This document shows, one piece after another, positions 29,966 through 44,967 of a DNA stretch of 64,000 nt. The notes under the pieces are model-generated. The model saw only the letters and a program-made list of their open reading frames with translations, was not told the origin of the DNA and did not search any database. Source of the DNA: Eledone cirrhosa (lineage: Eukaryota). Made by a program: the position numbers and the translations under genes. The first letter of the stretch is position 1. Every line of letters starts with the position of its first letter. The stretch is from NCBI GenBank assembly GCA_964016885.1, contig OZ024743.1:64418001-64482000 (forward strand). Direction: 5' to 3'.

Positions 29966-30154
29966 ATGAAGGTACCCGGAAAACCTCGGGAACCCGTGGT
30001 CCGATTTACGCGAAAGTTGTTTTATTCCATTTGTATTCCCATTTCAGGGTCAACTTCCTTTCAAAGTATTTTCCCATTATGCGCCCTTTTGGCTGTATCA
30101 TATAACATTACAGACAAGCAAGCAAACAATCGCAGACTTTTAGTAATTTATAGA
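29355..30154 (-). mobile_element. Non-autonomous Helitron
   Basis: Minus strand starts A|TCTATAAATTACTAAAAG..gcttgcttgtctg and ends with a GC hairpin (gacccaacgggtgacggg) then CTAG|T. Confidence 0.65.
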
Positions 30155-30216
30155 TAACAATTATTTTGTTTGTTTGTTTCTATCTTTTATTGAAACCAAT
30201 CACTATACATACATAC

Positions 30217-30811
30217 ATGGTGGCTGCCAACTCGTTTTCGAGTACGGCCACTACTCTATATCCATGTAGGAGAATCCCTACTGATGCGCTGAACGATTGT
30301 GACTCTTTAGTCCAGCCAGCGACTTGAGAACTCTAGTACAAACACGACACTTGTGACAATTATTGACACATAGTGCTGGGCCCATGGTACCATGTGACGA
30401 CAAGTGCAGAGAGATCTCCAGATATAAAGCAATGCCTGTGCCGTGAAGCTTTTATAGTGAGCAAAGGCACTGCACAAAGCCAGTCCCACTCTCTTAACCA
30501 AGATGATATTTACCAAAAAGAAGAACAAGTCAATATCATTGGATACCATCAGGGTTGCAGGTGTTATATCAGAGTTTTCCTTCTCCTAGAATTCTGCCTT
30601 GACAAAGGCTAAGGGGTCATCTCTCCCGGTGATTTTGGATGGCCATTGACTCTTAAGAGCTCCTTTGCCCTTTGACAGGTTTTGTTTTTAGTCCTGCAGG
30701 ATGTCCAAAGTCACCCTCCTCACCAAGAAACCTTGGAGGGGTTGCCAGTTTAGTCGCTAAGGACCCGACCATGAGACAGGTTGTACTGGGATACATGTTA
30801 CCAGTAGCACC
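30217..30811 (+). mobile_element. (TACA)n-associated structured non-coding element
   Basis: Starts atggtggctgccaactcgttttcgagtacggcc; flanked by TACA repeats. Confidence 0.8.
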
Positions 30812-30925
30812 ATACATACAAACATACATACATACATACATAGATACATACATACATACATACATACATACATACATACATACATACATACATACATACA
30901 TACATACATACATACATACATACAT

Positions 30926-31503
30926 GATGATGGCTGCAACTCGATTTCGAATAATTGCCATCGCTTGATACTTAAGCATGAGCTTCACAGACGTGGCTTT
31001 TCAGTCCCGCTAGGGACTTGTCTACGGCCAACATTACCATGCATCGTAAAAATATCACATATCAAGTGATTCCTGTACTTGAAGCATTTTTAAAGTGAGG
31101 AAAGACTTTGCACGGGGCCAACCTCACTCTCTGAACATCAAATGCATTTACCTCCAAACAACTGGTCTACATCATTGGATGTAAACGAAATCTCGCAGGT
31201 TTTATATGAGAGTGACCTTCTCCTAGAGAGATGTCTTAGAATAGAGATCTCTCGCTCCACAGAAATAAAAATGAAAAAAAAAAAGAAAATCTTATTGAAC
31301 GGCCGTTGACTCTCCTGGGTTTTTCCACCATTTGGCGGGTTTTGTTTTTCCTCCCGAAAAATGACCCTCATCACCAAGTAAGCTTGGGGTTGCCGGTTTA
31401 GTCGCCGACGACCCGACCATGCACAGGTTGTACTGGGTTCCATACACACATACATGCATACATGATGGCTGCCCCCTCGTTATCGAGTATGGACATTGCA
31501 CGA
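30926..31503 (+). mobile_element. Diverged copy of the same element plus the 5' stub of another (31461-31503)
   Basis: gatgatggctgcaactcg start; taaagtgaggaaagactttgcac, ggccgttgactc and gggttgccggtttagtcgccgacgacccgaccatg blocks. Confidence 0.75.
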
Positions 31504-31534
31504 GGAAAAAAAAAAACTATAATAATAGTAATAA

Positions 31535-31658
31535 TAATTGTTTCTACTTTTGGCACAAGGCCAGCAATTATCCCAGTATATTACTGGTACTTTTATTTTA
31601 TCGACCCCGTAAGGATGAAAGGCAAAGTTAACCTCGGCGGGATTTGAACTCAGATCAT
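31535..31658 (-). mobile_element. tRNA-SINE, partial
   Basis: SINE core and B box, inserted in (TAA)n. Confidence 0.85.
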
Positions 31659-31685
31659 AATAATAATAATAATAATAATAATAAT

Positions 31686-32030
31686 AGGAGAGGGAGAAAA
31701 TTAACCGATACCAGTACTTGAAGTGGGAGGTAAAAAGGATTTGGAACTGCCATGAGGTCAAAGTGGTCCCGATTGTCATAGGCGCACTAGGTACTATCTC
31801 AAAGAGTTGCCAAGGATGGTTAAAGAAAATTGCTCCCGCCCCACTTTTGGAACACTTCAAAAGGAATGCTTGCTGGTAACAGCAAGAACCCTCCGATACG
31901 TCCTGAATATCTGAGGCTGCAGGTAGTGGCTTGATATTCATTTCAACAAACTTTCCAGTTAAATAACATCAATGACTGAGACTCAAAGAACAATAATAAT
32001 AACAACAACAACAACAACAATAATAATAAT
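31686..32030 (+). mobile_element. 3' end of a second RLE LINE family in (TAA)n (Dong-like)
   Basis: Translates as EREKINRYQYLKWEVKRIWNCHEVKVVPIVIGALGTISK..LLVTARTLRYVLNI*; (TAA)n upstream and a TAA/CAA tail. Confidence 0.8.
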
Positions 32031-32101
32031 ATACACATATATACATATATACATACATACACACATACATACATACATACATACATACATACATACATAC
32101 A

Positions 32102-32132
<31 letters not shown>

Positions 32133-32290
32133 TATATGTGCCAGACTGAAATAGGTAGTAAATGCTTGAAGGTGATGCCCCAGCATGACCGTAGTCAAAT
32201 GACTGGGCCCAGTAAACGAATGTGTGTATGTGTGTTGGAATTCATATGTATACACACCTACTTATCTAAACATGCATTTAAACTTATAGG

Positions 32291-32370
<80 letters not shown>

Positions 32371-32562
32371 TCTCTCTCTCCTTCAAACAGAAGCACATTA
32401 TTACACATACACATACATACGCACAAATAAATATACATACAAATCAACATACATACAAACACAGACTCATATATACGTATACATACAAATCCACATACAC
32501 ACAGAAAAGACCTTGAGTTATAATCTTGTGTAAGCAAAATTATTTAAAATAAGCTTATATAT

Positions 32563-32595
<33 letters not shown>

Positions 32596-32597
32596 AC

Positions 32598-32652
<55 letters not shown>

Positions 32653-33229
32653 TACTTTTTTTGATCGATGTAAATCCACTGAAAAATGGACAGCAAAATG
32701 ACATTATTTGGAATATAAATCGATTTTTTCCACTATCAGCTCCTTGGTTGATAATGTTTAGCTCATAATTCTTGTGAGGGTGTCGACAGAACCGGAGGGA
32801 ATTATCTTAAGTCTTGCTATGAAAATAATGGTCCTTTACTATGGTGGTGGTGGTGGTTGGTGATGGTGGCGTGTGGTGGTGGTGGTGGTGGTGGTGGTGG
32901 TTCTGGTGATAGAAGTTGTGGTAATGGTTGTGGTGATGGTTGTGGTGTGTGATAGTAGAGTGTGCATGATGGTTGTCGTGGTTGTCGTGGTCGTGGTGGT
33001 GGTGGTGGTGGTTATGGTGGTGTTTTCAGTGTTGTCTGAATGTGGTAAAGGTAGTGGATGTGTGCGGTAGTGTTAATGGTGTTGGTGGTGGTGGTGGTGG
33101 TGGTGGTGGTGGTGGTGGTGGTGGTGGTGGTGGTGGTGGTGGTGGTGGTGGTAATGGTATTGGTGGTGACGGCAGTGATGGTGGTAATGGTATTGGTGGT
33201 GACGGCAGTGATGGTGGTATTGGTGTTGG

Positions 33230-34236
33230 TGATGTCTGGCAGTGATAGTGGCGAGGTCTGGCAGTGATGGTGGTGTTGGTGGTGGTGATGTCTGGCAGTG
33301 ATAGTGGCGAGGTCTGGCAGTGATGGTGGTGTTGGTGGTGGTGATGTCTGGCAGTGATAGTGGCGAGGTCTGGCAGTGATGGTGGTGTTGGTGGTGGTGA
33401 TGTCTGGCAGTGATGGTGGTGTTGGTGGTGGTGATGTCAGGCAGTGATAGTGGCGAGGTCTGGCAGTGATGGTGGTGTTGGTGGTGGTGATGTCTGGCAG
33501 TGATAGTGGTGTTGGTGGTGGCGAGGTCTGGCAGTGATGATGGTGTTGGTGGTGGTGATGTCTGGCAATGATGGTGGTGTTGGTGGTGGCGAGGTCTGGC
33601 AGTGATAATGATGTTGGTGGCCGTGTGAAGTCTGGCAGTGATGGTAGTGGTGATGTATGGCAGTGATAATGGTGTTGGTGGTGGCGATGTCTGGCAGTGA
33701 TGGTGGTGGTGGTGGTGGTGGTGATGTCTGGCAGTGATGGTGGTGTTGGTGGTGGTGATGTCTGGCAGTGATGGTGGTGTTGGTGGTGGTGATGTCTGGC
33801 AGTGATGGTGGTGTTGGTGGTGGTGATGTCTGGCAGTGATGGTGGTGTTGGTGGTGGTGATGTTTAGCAGTGATGGTGGTGGTGATGTCTAGCAGTGATG
33901 ATGGTGTTGGTGGTGGTGATGTCTGGCAATGATGGTGGTGTTGGTGGTGGCGAGGTCTGGCAGTGATAATGATGTTGGTGGCCGTGTGAAGTCTGGCAGT
34001 GATGGTAGTGGTGATGTCTGGCAGTGATAATGGTGTTGGTGGTGGCGATGTCTGGCAGTGATGGTGGTGGTGTTGGTGGTGGTGATGTCTGGCAGTGATG
34101 GTGGTGTTGGTGGTGGTGATATCTGGCAGTGATGGTGGTGTTGGTGGTGGTGATGTCTGGCACTGATGGTGGTGTTGGTGGTGGTGATGTCTGGCAGTGA
34201 TGGTGGTGTTGGAGGTGGTGATGTCTGGCAGTGATG
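33230..34236. repeat. ~34-bp minisatellite gatgtctggcagtgatggtggtgttggtggtggt with shorter variants
   Basis: Direct reading; 33520-33720 is duplicated at 33880-34080. Confidence 0.9.
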
Positions 34237-34271
34237 GAGCTACTTCTAGCCCGACAAGTAACTATGTAAAG

Positions 34272-34785
34272 CATAGGTTCTCAAACTGTTGGGGTCACCC
34301 CACCCCCTCACGGCCATGTAATACCCTCAGCGCCCCCACCCTACCCCTATTTCCAGAGAGACCTACCTACATACAAATTGTAAATAATATATAATCGTTA
34401 ATTCATATAAAATAAATAATTGTTTCTACTTTAGGCACAAGGCCAGCAATAACCCAGTGCATTACTGGTACTTTATTTTATCGACCTCGTAAGGATGAAC
34501 GGCAAAGTTAACCTCAGCAAGATTTGAACTTTATATAATAAATAATATGATATATACTATGTGTAAATAGATATTATATATTTTTATTTTACTATATTTA
34601 TATATAACATGTATTACACTGGGTAATTGCTGGCCTTGTGCCAAAAAGTAGAAACAATTATTTGATATTTAATATAGTATTATATCATCTCTACCGCCCC
34701 CTAGGGCCCTAGCACCCCCATCCCCTGAACCTTTTCCATGCCTCCCAGGGGTGGGGGAGGATAACGCTTACTTTGAGAACCTCTG
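34272..34785. mobile_element. hAT-type MITE containing SINE fragments
   Basis: TIR cataggttctcaaa / tttgagaacctctg; 8-bp TSD atgtaaag / atgtagag; SINE pieces at 34417-34530 (-) and 34612-34660 (+). Confidence 0.78.
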
Positions 34786-34803
34786 ATGTAGAGGCTTCAA
34801 TGT

Positions 34804-34848
<45 letters not shown>

Positions 34849-34870
34849 CAGCAGCAGCAGCAGCAGTAAT

Positions 34871-34930
<60 letters not shown>

Positions 34931-35133
34931 ACGGAATATGTCGCAAGGTAACCAAGGAATGCAAAAGAAGAAATAGAAGGCTATGTAGCCTTTTTAGTTG
35001 TTTGTATATTTGGTGTTGGTTGTGGCAAATATTGTGATAGTCTGGTGAAATATATTGGAAAACTATAGTAGAGGGTGGCGAGGAGAGGTTATAGCTTCTC
35101 ACTTTGTATATATTATATATTCAGGCCGCGAAT

Positions 35134-35233
<100 letters not shown>

Positions 35234-35797
35234 TGTGTGTGTGTGTGTGTGTCTGTGTGTGTGTGTGTGTGTGTGTACATATACATATATATATATCTAT
35301 ATGCGAGAAAAACCACAGACCCTCAATCTCAATTCTACTTTTGAAAAGCATAAGAACTGTGAAACCGGTAAAGGAAGCAAATATATATTCTTAAAAAGAC
35401 TCCAGTTGCATTATCGATTTCATCTTTTTTTCCTTATACTTTCACTCGTGTAGGACATCTCGTTCTATTTCATTTTTTTAAAAAATTCATTTTCTTATAT
35501 ATATATATATGTGTATGTGTGTGTGTGTGTGTAACCACTGTAACAAGTGTTAATTTCTCCCTCCGCCTATGAGATTTTCTCACTTGCTACGAACGCGTCG
35601 AGAAACAGTCCTTTTTTTTTGAGAGAGGTCTCTTGATAAGCCGTATCAACATCACAGCGATGATGCATTTTTATAGTGCAGAAATCATTGCACACGGATC
35701 GGCGAAACTGCCGTTAGGACGTTGAAGAAAAGATAGGTATATTTTTGTTTATCATTTCCTCATATTTTGTAATTTGATATATATATATATATATATA

Positions 35798-35910
<113 letters not shown>

Positions 35911-36009
35911 GTATGTGCGTGTGTATGTGTGTATATATATATACATATTCTCTTTTACTCTTTTACCTGTTCCAACCATTCAGCTGAGGCCATGCTGGGG
36001 CACTTCCCT

Positions 36010-38555
36010 TGTTGCTACACGTTCTATCGTCAGCCTGTGTCGGCTGGCCATTGGTGTAAGAGGGAGTTCGTTGCTGCTGCCCTTAGGTTACCCTCGTACC
36101 TTTCTGTGGGCTCCTCCGGGATCCTGGATAGCAGTGTGTCGAGATGTTTCTTGAAAACATCCACGTCCATCCCAAGCAGATCTCTTAAATTTCTTGGCAC
36201 CTTGTTGAAGAGTTGTGGGCCTTTGAACCTCAGGCTATTGTAATATCTACTCCTTATTCTAGATGTGAAAGACGCCACCCTTGGCACCATATAGTGACGT
36301 CGTGTTCGAGGGTTGGTCCAGCTCTCAATGCCAAAGTTTGGTGCCAGTCCCTCCAAGATTTTCCATATGTATATCACTGCGTATCTCTCCGTTCCAAGGA
36401 GTAGAGTTTCAGTTCTTTTAGCCTCTCCCAGTAGCTTATATCCTTCATCGTGGCAATCATCTTGGTGTAGCTTCATTAGATTGCCTCGAGCTCCGTGGTT
36501 AGTTTGATACTATGAGGGTGACCACAGTTGGGAGCAGTAGTCCAGTCGGCTTATGACAAATGTCCGCCATAGTATCAACATGGTCTCTAGGTCACTTGTC
36601 CGGAAAGTCCTCAAGATCCAGCCAGCGAGTCGCCACCCTCATGATGCATCGTTGATCATGTTTCTCCCCAGGGCTCGTATCAATTTCGACAAGGGGATTT
36701 CGATCCCTCCTGTTCCTGTGTAGCAGTGTTGTACTGTCCTTGTGTTTGCAGGTTGGTAATGTAGGGCTTGAAATTTTCCAGCATTAAACTACGTGTTGTT
36801 GTCCTCAGCCCATTTGTATATGGCATCCAGATCTTGATGTAAAAGGACAGCATCAGCCGGGATCTTGTGCTACCTTTGTGTTAACTTTGTGTCATCAGCA
36901 TAGCTAGTGAGGGATGTTGTATGTACTACAGAGGACATGTCTGAGAGAGCCACCACAAACAGTAGTGGTCCCAAGAATGTGCCCTGGAGCACCCTACTAG
37001 TTATTGATATTTCCTTTGAGAGGGCCACATTGGCTATAACTGTCTGGCTTCTGTCTTTTAAGAAATGACGTAGCCACTTACCTACGTTTCCAGTTATGCC
37101 GAGTCTGTGTAGTTTGTGACATATCATTCCGTGGTCGATCTTGTCAAAGGCCTTCGCAAAGTCAAGATATATCACGCCCACATGTGTCCTGTCCAGAAGT
37201 TGTTTCAGTACCCAGTCATAGTGATGTAGCAGCTGTGTAAGGCAGCTTCTTCCTGGGCGAAAACCATGCTACGTGCTAGTTAGGCAGTCATTTTCCTCGA
37301 GGAATCTGATCAGTTTCTTTCTGATGATTCGTTCCATGACCTTACTGTTATGTGACGTCAGGGAGACTGGCCTGTACTTTTTGGCCTCTACTCTGCTTCC
37401 TCCTTTATGGATAGGGCATATTGTGCCTTCTTTTAGCTCTCTGGGTAGTTTACAGTTAGCCAAAAAAATTCTGGAGAGGATCTTCAGTGGTTTTGCTAAG
37501 GCACGCTTATATGTTTTTAGGAGGACTGCTAGGAATCCATCAGGTTCAGCAGCTGAGTTTGTTCTAATTTCTTCTATCGTGGATATCACATCCTCCGTTA
37601 TGTCTATGTGGTTGATAGTCACCATTTCTTCGTGGAGTGTTTGGCATCAAAGAAATCCTCTGGCTTTGTTATTTGCATGTACCTCAATGGGGAGGGGATG
37701 AACACACTTTTGTACTGTTCATTCAGTATTTCACTTATCCCTTGGGGATCCTTGGTTAATGAACCATTTTTACGGAAGAGTGGCCCAATCTTGCAATGTA
37801 CCGAGGCAGTTTCTTTTGCAAATTTAAAGACGACCTTGAGATTTGTATTAATATTTTCTATGGTCCTGTATTCTCTCTCTGCCCTCTCCTTCTTATCAGA
37901 AACTGCAGTTTCAATTTCTGACATATAGTTAATATTGTTGTCATGAAATGTTGAAAATGTGTGTTGGTGTTTTGTGTGGTGATGTTGTCGCTCCAGTTTT
38001 GCTTCCGGGTCTCTTTTTTGATCTTTTTCCAGTTAGCCTTGTGAAAGATTAGGCTGCATAAATTCCCGGTGCTTCTGAATGTTTGCGTCTCTGCTGACTC
38101 TCTTAGACCATATATCATTAGTTCTACTAAGTTATGATCCGAGAAAATCGTTGGTGTCACCTTTACATTGTGGATGAGCACTGCGTTATTTGTAAAGCAG
38201 AGATCCAGGACATTCTCGCCTCTTGTTGGAAAAAGTACTGTTTGTTCAATGAACAGCCTGTGAGGGCCAAGCAGGGACTGCGTCTGTCTCTGTTCGAGTG
38301 ATGTCATTCCAGGGAGGAGGTGTCCTTCAGGCCATTTGACCTTTGGTAGGTTAAAGTCACCCAGCAGCAGAATGTTGAGACCCTAGTCCTGTTTGTCAAG
38401 GACTTCTTCCATCCATCTGAGGCTATCTTAAAACTTACTTTCAGGACTAGGGGCGTCGGGTGGCCGATATGTGACACACTTCATATGTACTATCAGTGTG
38501 TCACAGACTGAGTTGGAATGTGTCAACAGTACAATGGGTGTGACATCTTCACGGA
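36010..38555 (-). mobile_element. Decayed CR1-like LINE ORF2 (APE endonuclease plus RT)
   Basis: GDFNLPKVKW, PTRGENVLDL, SDHN (APE); YRPVSLTS, YLDFAKAFD, QGTFLGPLLF, YADDTK (RT); multiple stops and frameshifts. Confidence 0.92.
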
Positions 38556-38811
38556 TATATATATATATATATATATATAGGAACCAGTAAGACCCCGACA
38601 GCTGAGCTCAAGCCGTTTCGACGGCTAATTCTGGACTATATACATATATACATATATACATATATACATAAATCCTAATTAAATTCTAGTATAAGTTGAG
38701 CCTAACTTATGCAGCTTCGTATGCAAATAAGATTAATCACCTCACTTACACAGATGAGAAAACCATATATCCCGCCTGTTTTCAAGTCCAGCAATCCCAA
38801 GAGTGGGAGGG

Positions 38812-38855
38812 ATCGTCCTGATGAGGGCCAGTTAAGTTTGAAATGCATCGACGAT
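38812..38855 (+). ncRNA. Minimal type I hammerhead ribozyme
   Basis: ATCGTC-CTGATGA-gggc cagttaa gttt-GAAA-TGCA-TC-GACGAT: 6-bp stem I, intact core, palindromic loop III; stem II is mostly G-U. Confidence 0.75.
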
Positions 38856-39111
38856 TGTCCCCCTTGCTTCTGTTGGACACCACCAGAGGGCGATAGCCCC
38901 GGTGTTTTGCATAGCTGCGGCTATCTAAATATTTATCTATAAGCATACTGTATTTCTTTAGAACTATGAAATTCCAATATATATCTGTATACAGCTAAGC
39001 ATGAAGCTAAATCCTAATTATATATATATGTGTGTGTGTGAGTGTATATATATATATATATTGGAAAATGTGTGAGATCCTTGGTACTGTTAGGTATATT
39101 TGAAAAAATGG

Positions 39112-39558
39112 AAAAGAATGACTTCACTTGTAGTTCTAAATAATTTCATTTAATTTTATAATATTATAATATTATGAGTTGGTAGATCTTGTCAAACTGA
39201 TCTCAGTTTGACAATCGCCGCCGATGAATGCGAGAAAGTTATCCAAGAAAGTTAATCAGCAATCTTTAAAATTCTTCCCACCGAAGTTAACAAAGAACTT
39301 ACTAGGGCTACCAACTCATAATATTATAATTGTTTCTACTTTTGGCACAAGACCAGCAATTATCCCAGTGTATTACTGGTACTTTATTTTATCGACCCCG
39401 TAAGGATGAAAGGCAAAGTTAATCTCTGCGGGATTTGAACACAGTCCGTAAAGGGACGTAACTGTGCTGCAAAGCATGGCGTCCGACCCTCTACCGATAT
39501 TATAATATTATAAAATTAAATCAAATTATTTAGAACTACAAGTGAAGTCATTCTTTTA
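39112..39558. mobile_element. Fold-back element with a SINE (39328-39498, -) inserted in the right arm
   Basis: 39115-39185 is the reverse complement of 39308-39330 joined to 39499-39556. Confidence 0.7.
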
Positions 39559-39941
39559 CTTTATATATATATGTGTGTGTGTGCGTGTGTATATATGTGT
39601 ACACACACACACACAGTTGAATATAGCCATTGCTGCTGGTGCCATTGCTATTGCTGCTCTTATATATGATGACGATAATCATGATAATGATCATACAGTA
39701 TTTTTCCGCGTATTGCGCGCATTCTTGAATAACGCGAACTCTTTTAGAACGCGATCTCTTGTATAATGCGCATTCTTGTATAACGCACATACGTGTATAA
39801 CGCGCATTTGTGTATAACGCGCATTCATGTATAGTACGCATCCCTTTTTGACCAGAAAAATGTCTATAAAAGCCTAGTTTCCAGAGGACTGAAGATAAAC
39901 AATTAGAATTCCAGTATTCCATCATAAAACGACGCAAGATG

Positions 39942-40118
39942 ACAGTATTGGTAGAGGGTCTGACGCCATGCTTTACAGCAAAGAGTTACGGCCCTTTATG
40001 GTCTGAGTTCAAATCCCGCCGAGGTTAACTTTGCCTTTCATCCTTACGGGGTCGATAAAATAAAGTACCAGTAATACACTGGAATAATTGCTGGCCTTGT
40101 GCCAAAAGTATAAACAAT
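39942..40118 (+). mobile_element. tRNA-derived SINE
   Basis: Matches 15840-16015. Confidence 0.87.
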
Positions 40119-40146
40119 ATATATATCAGAAAAGGTACATTTAGTC

Positions 40147-42170
40147 GTGGTGTATAGCGTGGTATATATACTGTGGTATATACTGTGGTGTATACTGTGG
40201 TGTATACTGTGGTGTATACTGTAGTGTATACTGTGGTATATACTGTGGTGTATACTGTGGTGTATACTGTGGTATATACTGTGGTGTATACTGTGGTATA
40301 TACCGTGGTATATACTGTGGTGTATAGCGTGGTATATATACTGTGGTATATACTGTGGTGTATACTGTGGTGTATACTGTGATGTATACTGTGGTATATA
40401 CTGTGGTGTATACTGTGGTGTATACTGTGATGTATACTGTGGTATATACTGTGGTATATACTGTGGTATATACTGTGGTATATACTGTGGTAAATACTGT
40501 GGTAAATACTGTGGTGTATACTGTGTTGTATACTGTGGTGTATACTGTGGTGTATACTGTGGTGTATACTGTGGTGTATACTGTGGTGTATACTGTGGTG
40601 TATACTGTGGTATATACTGTGGTATATACTGTGGTATATACTGTGGTATATACTGTGGTATATACTGTGGTGTATACTGTGGTATATACTGTGGTATATA
40701 CTGTGGTGTATACTGTGGTGTATACTGTGGTGTATACTGTAGTGTATACTGTGGTATATACTGTGGTGTATACTGTGGTGTATACTGTGGTATATACTGT
40801 GGTGTATACTGTGGTATATACCGTGGTATATACTGTGGTGTATACTGTGGTATATACTGTGGTGTATACTGTAGTATATACTGTGGTGTATACTGTGGTA
40901 TATACTGTGGTGTATACTGTGGTGTATACTGTGGTATATACTGTGGTGTATACTGTGGTGTATACTGTGGTGTATACTGTGGTATATACTGTGGTAAATA
41001 CTGTGGTATATACTGTGGTGTATACTGTGGGGTATACTGTGGTGTATACTGTGGTATATACTGTGGTGTATACTGTGGTATATACTGTGGTATATACTGT
41101 GGTATATACTGTGGTGTATACTGTGGTATATACTGTGGTATATACTGTGCTGTATACTGTGGTGTATACTGTGGTATATACTGTGGTATATACTGTAGTG
41201 TATACTGTGGTATATACTGTGGTATATACTGTGGTGTATACTGTGGTATATACTGTGGTGTATACTGTGGTATATACTGTGGTGTATACTGTGGTGTATA
41301 CTGTGGTATATACTGTGGTGTATACTGTGGTGTATACTGTGGTATATACTGTGGTATATACTGTGGTGTATACTGTGGTATATACTGTGGTATATACTGT
41401 GGTATATACCGTGGTGTATACTGTGGTATATACTGCGGTGTATACTGTGGTATATACTGTGGTATATACTGTGGTGTATACTGTGGTGTATACTGTGGTA
41501 TATACTGTGGTGTATACTGTGGTGTATACTGTGTTGTATACTGTGGTGTATACTGTGGTATATACTGTGGTGTATACTGTGATGTATACTGTGGTGTATA
41601 CTGTGGTATATATTGTGGTGTATACTGTGGTATATACTGTGGTGTATACTGTGGTATATACCGTGGTGTATACTGTGGTATATATTGTGGTGTATACTGT
41701 GGTATATACTGTGGTGTATACTGTGGTGTATACTGTGGGGTATACTGTGGTGTATACTGTAGTGTATACTGTGGTATATACTGTGGTGTATACTGTGGTG
41801 TATACTGTGTTGTATACTGTGGTGTATACTGTGGTGTATATTGTGGTGTATACTGTGGTATATACTGTGGTGTATACTGTGGTATATACCGTGGTGTATA
41901 CTGTGGTATATACTGTGGTATATACTGTGGTGTATACTGTGGTATATACTGTGGTGTATACTGTGGTGTATACTGTGGTATATACTGTGGTGTATACTGT
42001 GATGTATACTGTGGTATATACTGTGGTATATACTGTGATGTATACCGTGGTGTATACTGTGGTGTATACTGTGGTGTATACTGTGGTATATATTGTAGTA
42101 AATACTGTGGTGTATACTGTGGTTATACTGTGGTGTATACTGTGGTGTATACTGTGGTGTATACTGTGGT
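40147..42170. repeat. 12-bp minisatellite (tatactgtggtR)n, about 168 copies
   Basis: Direct reading; G and A variants alternate irregularly. Confidence 0.97.
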
Positions 42171-42194
42171 GGTTGGGACGATGTTAATGAAGAA

Positions 42195-42217
42195 GAGGGT
42201 GATGATGATAATGATAG

Positions 42218-42251
<34 letters not shown>

Positions 42252-42414
42252 GATGATGGTGGCGGTGATGATGATGATGGTGATGATAATTTTGATGATG
42301 ATGATGATGTTAATGATGATGATGATGGTGATGGTGGTGATGATTATTGCGATGCTGATGATGATGATGATGATGATGATGGTGAAGATGATGATGAAGA
42401 TGTGATGATGATGG

Positions 42415-42473
<59 letters not shown>

Positions 42474-42500
42474 GCGATGCTGGTGAGGATGATGGTGATA
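42195..42500. repeat. (GAT)n microsatellite
   Basis: Direct reading. Confidence 0.95.
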
Positions 42501-42871
42501 TTAACATCACGATCACAATAATGGTTGTGCGGGCTGGCCGCCATGCTTATGGTGATCTCGTGCACAATCTTGATCCAAATGTATTATCATACAACACATC
42601 ACGTGATATCACGAGATATCATTATCACACTATGTGATGAACTGACGCCATCGTAAAAGGCAAGAAAACCACAGAGAGTGGGGTGGGGTGTTTGGAATGG
42701 AGAGTGGAGTGGAGAGTGGGGTAGAGTGCAGTGTGGGGTGGAGGGGAGTGTGGGATGGAGTGGAGTGTGGGGTGGAGTGGAGTGTGGCTGAGGGGAGAAA
42801 GGAGTTTTTCGACATCCATTCCATCCTCAGAATTACACATACATACACAAAGACGCATAATCATACACACA

Positions 42872-42974
<103 letters not shown>

Positions 42975-43196
42975 ATATATGTATGTATATATGTATATAT
43001 GTACATATAAATATAAAGATATATGCATATACACGTATGCATTCTCTTGAATACACTTTTGCATACATTTACATTCATTCATACATACGACCTTGCGCGT
43101 ATTTATACACAGAAATATTTTTAAAACATATAAACACATACATCGATACATATATCTACACACGAATACACAAAACATAACCCCCACGCACACATG

Positions 43197-43253
<57 letters not shown>

Positions 43254-43316
43254 GACGAAAATAAATGCCAAATATGTATACATACTAACACATCATATAT
43301 ACTGTATTTATATATC

Positions 43317-43398
<82 letters not shown>

Positions 43399-43714
43399 GG
43401 TATATGCACTGATGCATATACACATACACCACATACATACAATATATACACACACATCACCTATATATCACTGCTATGTCAGCCACCGTGTTATCAATTT
43501 GTTAAGGCAGTCAAAAAGCTGAAGTTTTCGCCAATCCAATTATCCACATGTGGTTAGTGTAGCAAGTCGGACTGCCTTTCTGTCTGTCTGACTGTCAGAC
43601 CCTAATGACTGGCTGGCAGCCGGAATGTCCCTGCCTTTATGAATGTGTGTGTATATGTTTGTATTATATATGTGCATATATATTTATATATATATATGCG
43701 TGTGTGTGTGTGTG

Positions 43715-43815
<101 letters not shown>

Positions 43816-43957
43816 TTGTAATGCAGGCGTTAACGGGTTACACACACATTCAAATACGTATACAAACGCAGACACGCACAGAGAGAGAAAGAGAGTGACA
43901 CACACACATTTATATATATATATACTTGAATATATATATAAATATATATATATATAC

Positions 43958-44065
<108 letters not shown>

Positions 44066-44260
44066 ATACTTTGGGAGGGCCATGCTGCCAGCAAATTCAA
44101 AAATGAAGTGCATATATATATATATATATATAAATTTTTATATATATATATATATGTTCTGTACACTAAGTGTGGTTTTTACGCTACTTTGTCTCGCCAT
44201 GTGTTCTGTGTATTACAATTCACTGTGTCATTCAAATTTCAATATTACCTTACATGTGTA

Positions 44261-44395
<135 letters not shown>

Positions 44396-44880
44396 CATAT
44401 ATATATACATATATATATATATTTAAAAGATATATGAGAAAGAAGCATCTTTAAGTATATATATATTCCTGCATATTATTTGCTCTATATATTATTTGTG
44501 TACAAAATGCAATTATGTTTCACAAACGATATATGCTTCTTTCTCTCAACATATATTTTAAATTTAACTAATTGAAATCCATTGAGCTTATTTATTGAGA
44601 AACATAATCATCATACATATTAAATACGTACTGATACCTTAACATATATTTGAATATGCACACATATATCATATATATATATATGCAGGTGTCCCGAAAC
44701 AATATATACATACTTTGATTACCTGTTCAGGCAATATTTATTAGAATGCTTTTGAAGTGTGTATATATTTTTGGAACGCCTTGTATGTACAAATTCAAGA
44801 GCTAATGACATATATAAAATACATGCGATATCGCACGTGTCTGTCATTTCTCAGACACGACATCTATATTCATTTTAGTA

Positions 44881-44912
<32 letters not shown>

Positions 44913-44967
44913 GTGAGGTTTTTTCTACAAAATGAAAAATAACCGAGGTGTCCTACACGAGTGAAAG

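Noticed and set aside
40343-42187. 614-aa VYTV protein
   Set aside because: Translation of a 12-bp minisatellite; not supported as a CDS.
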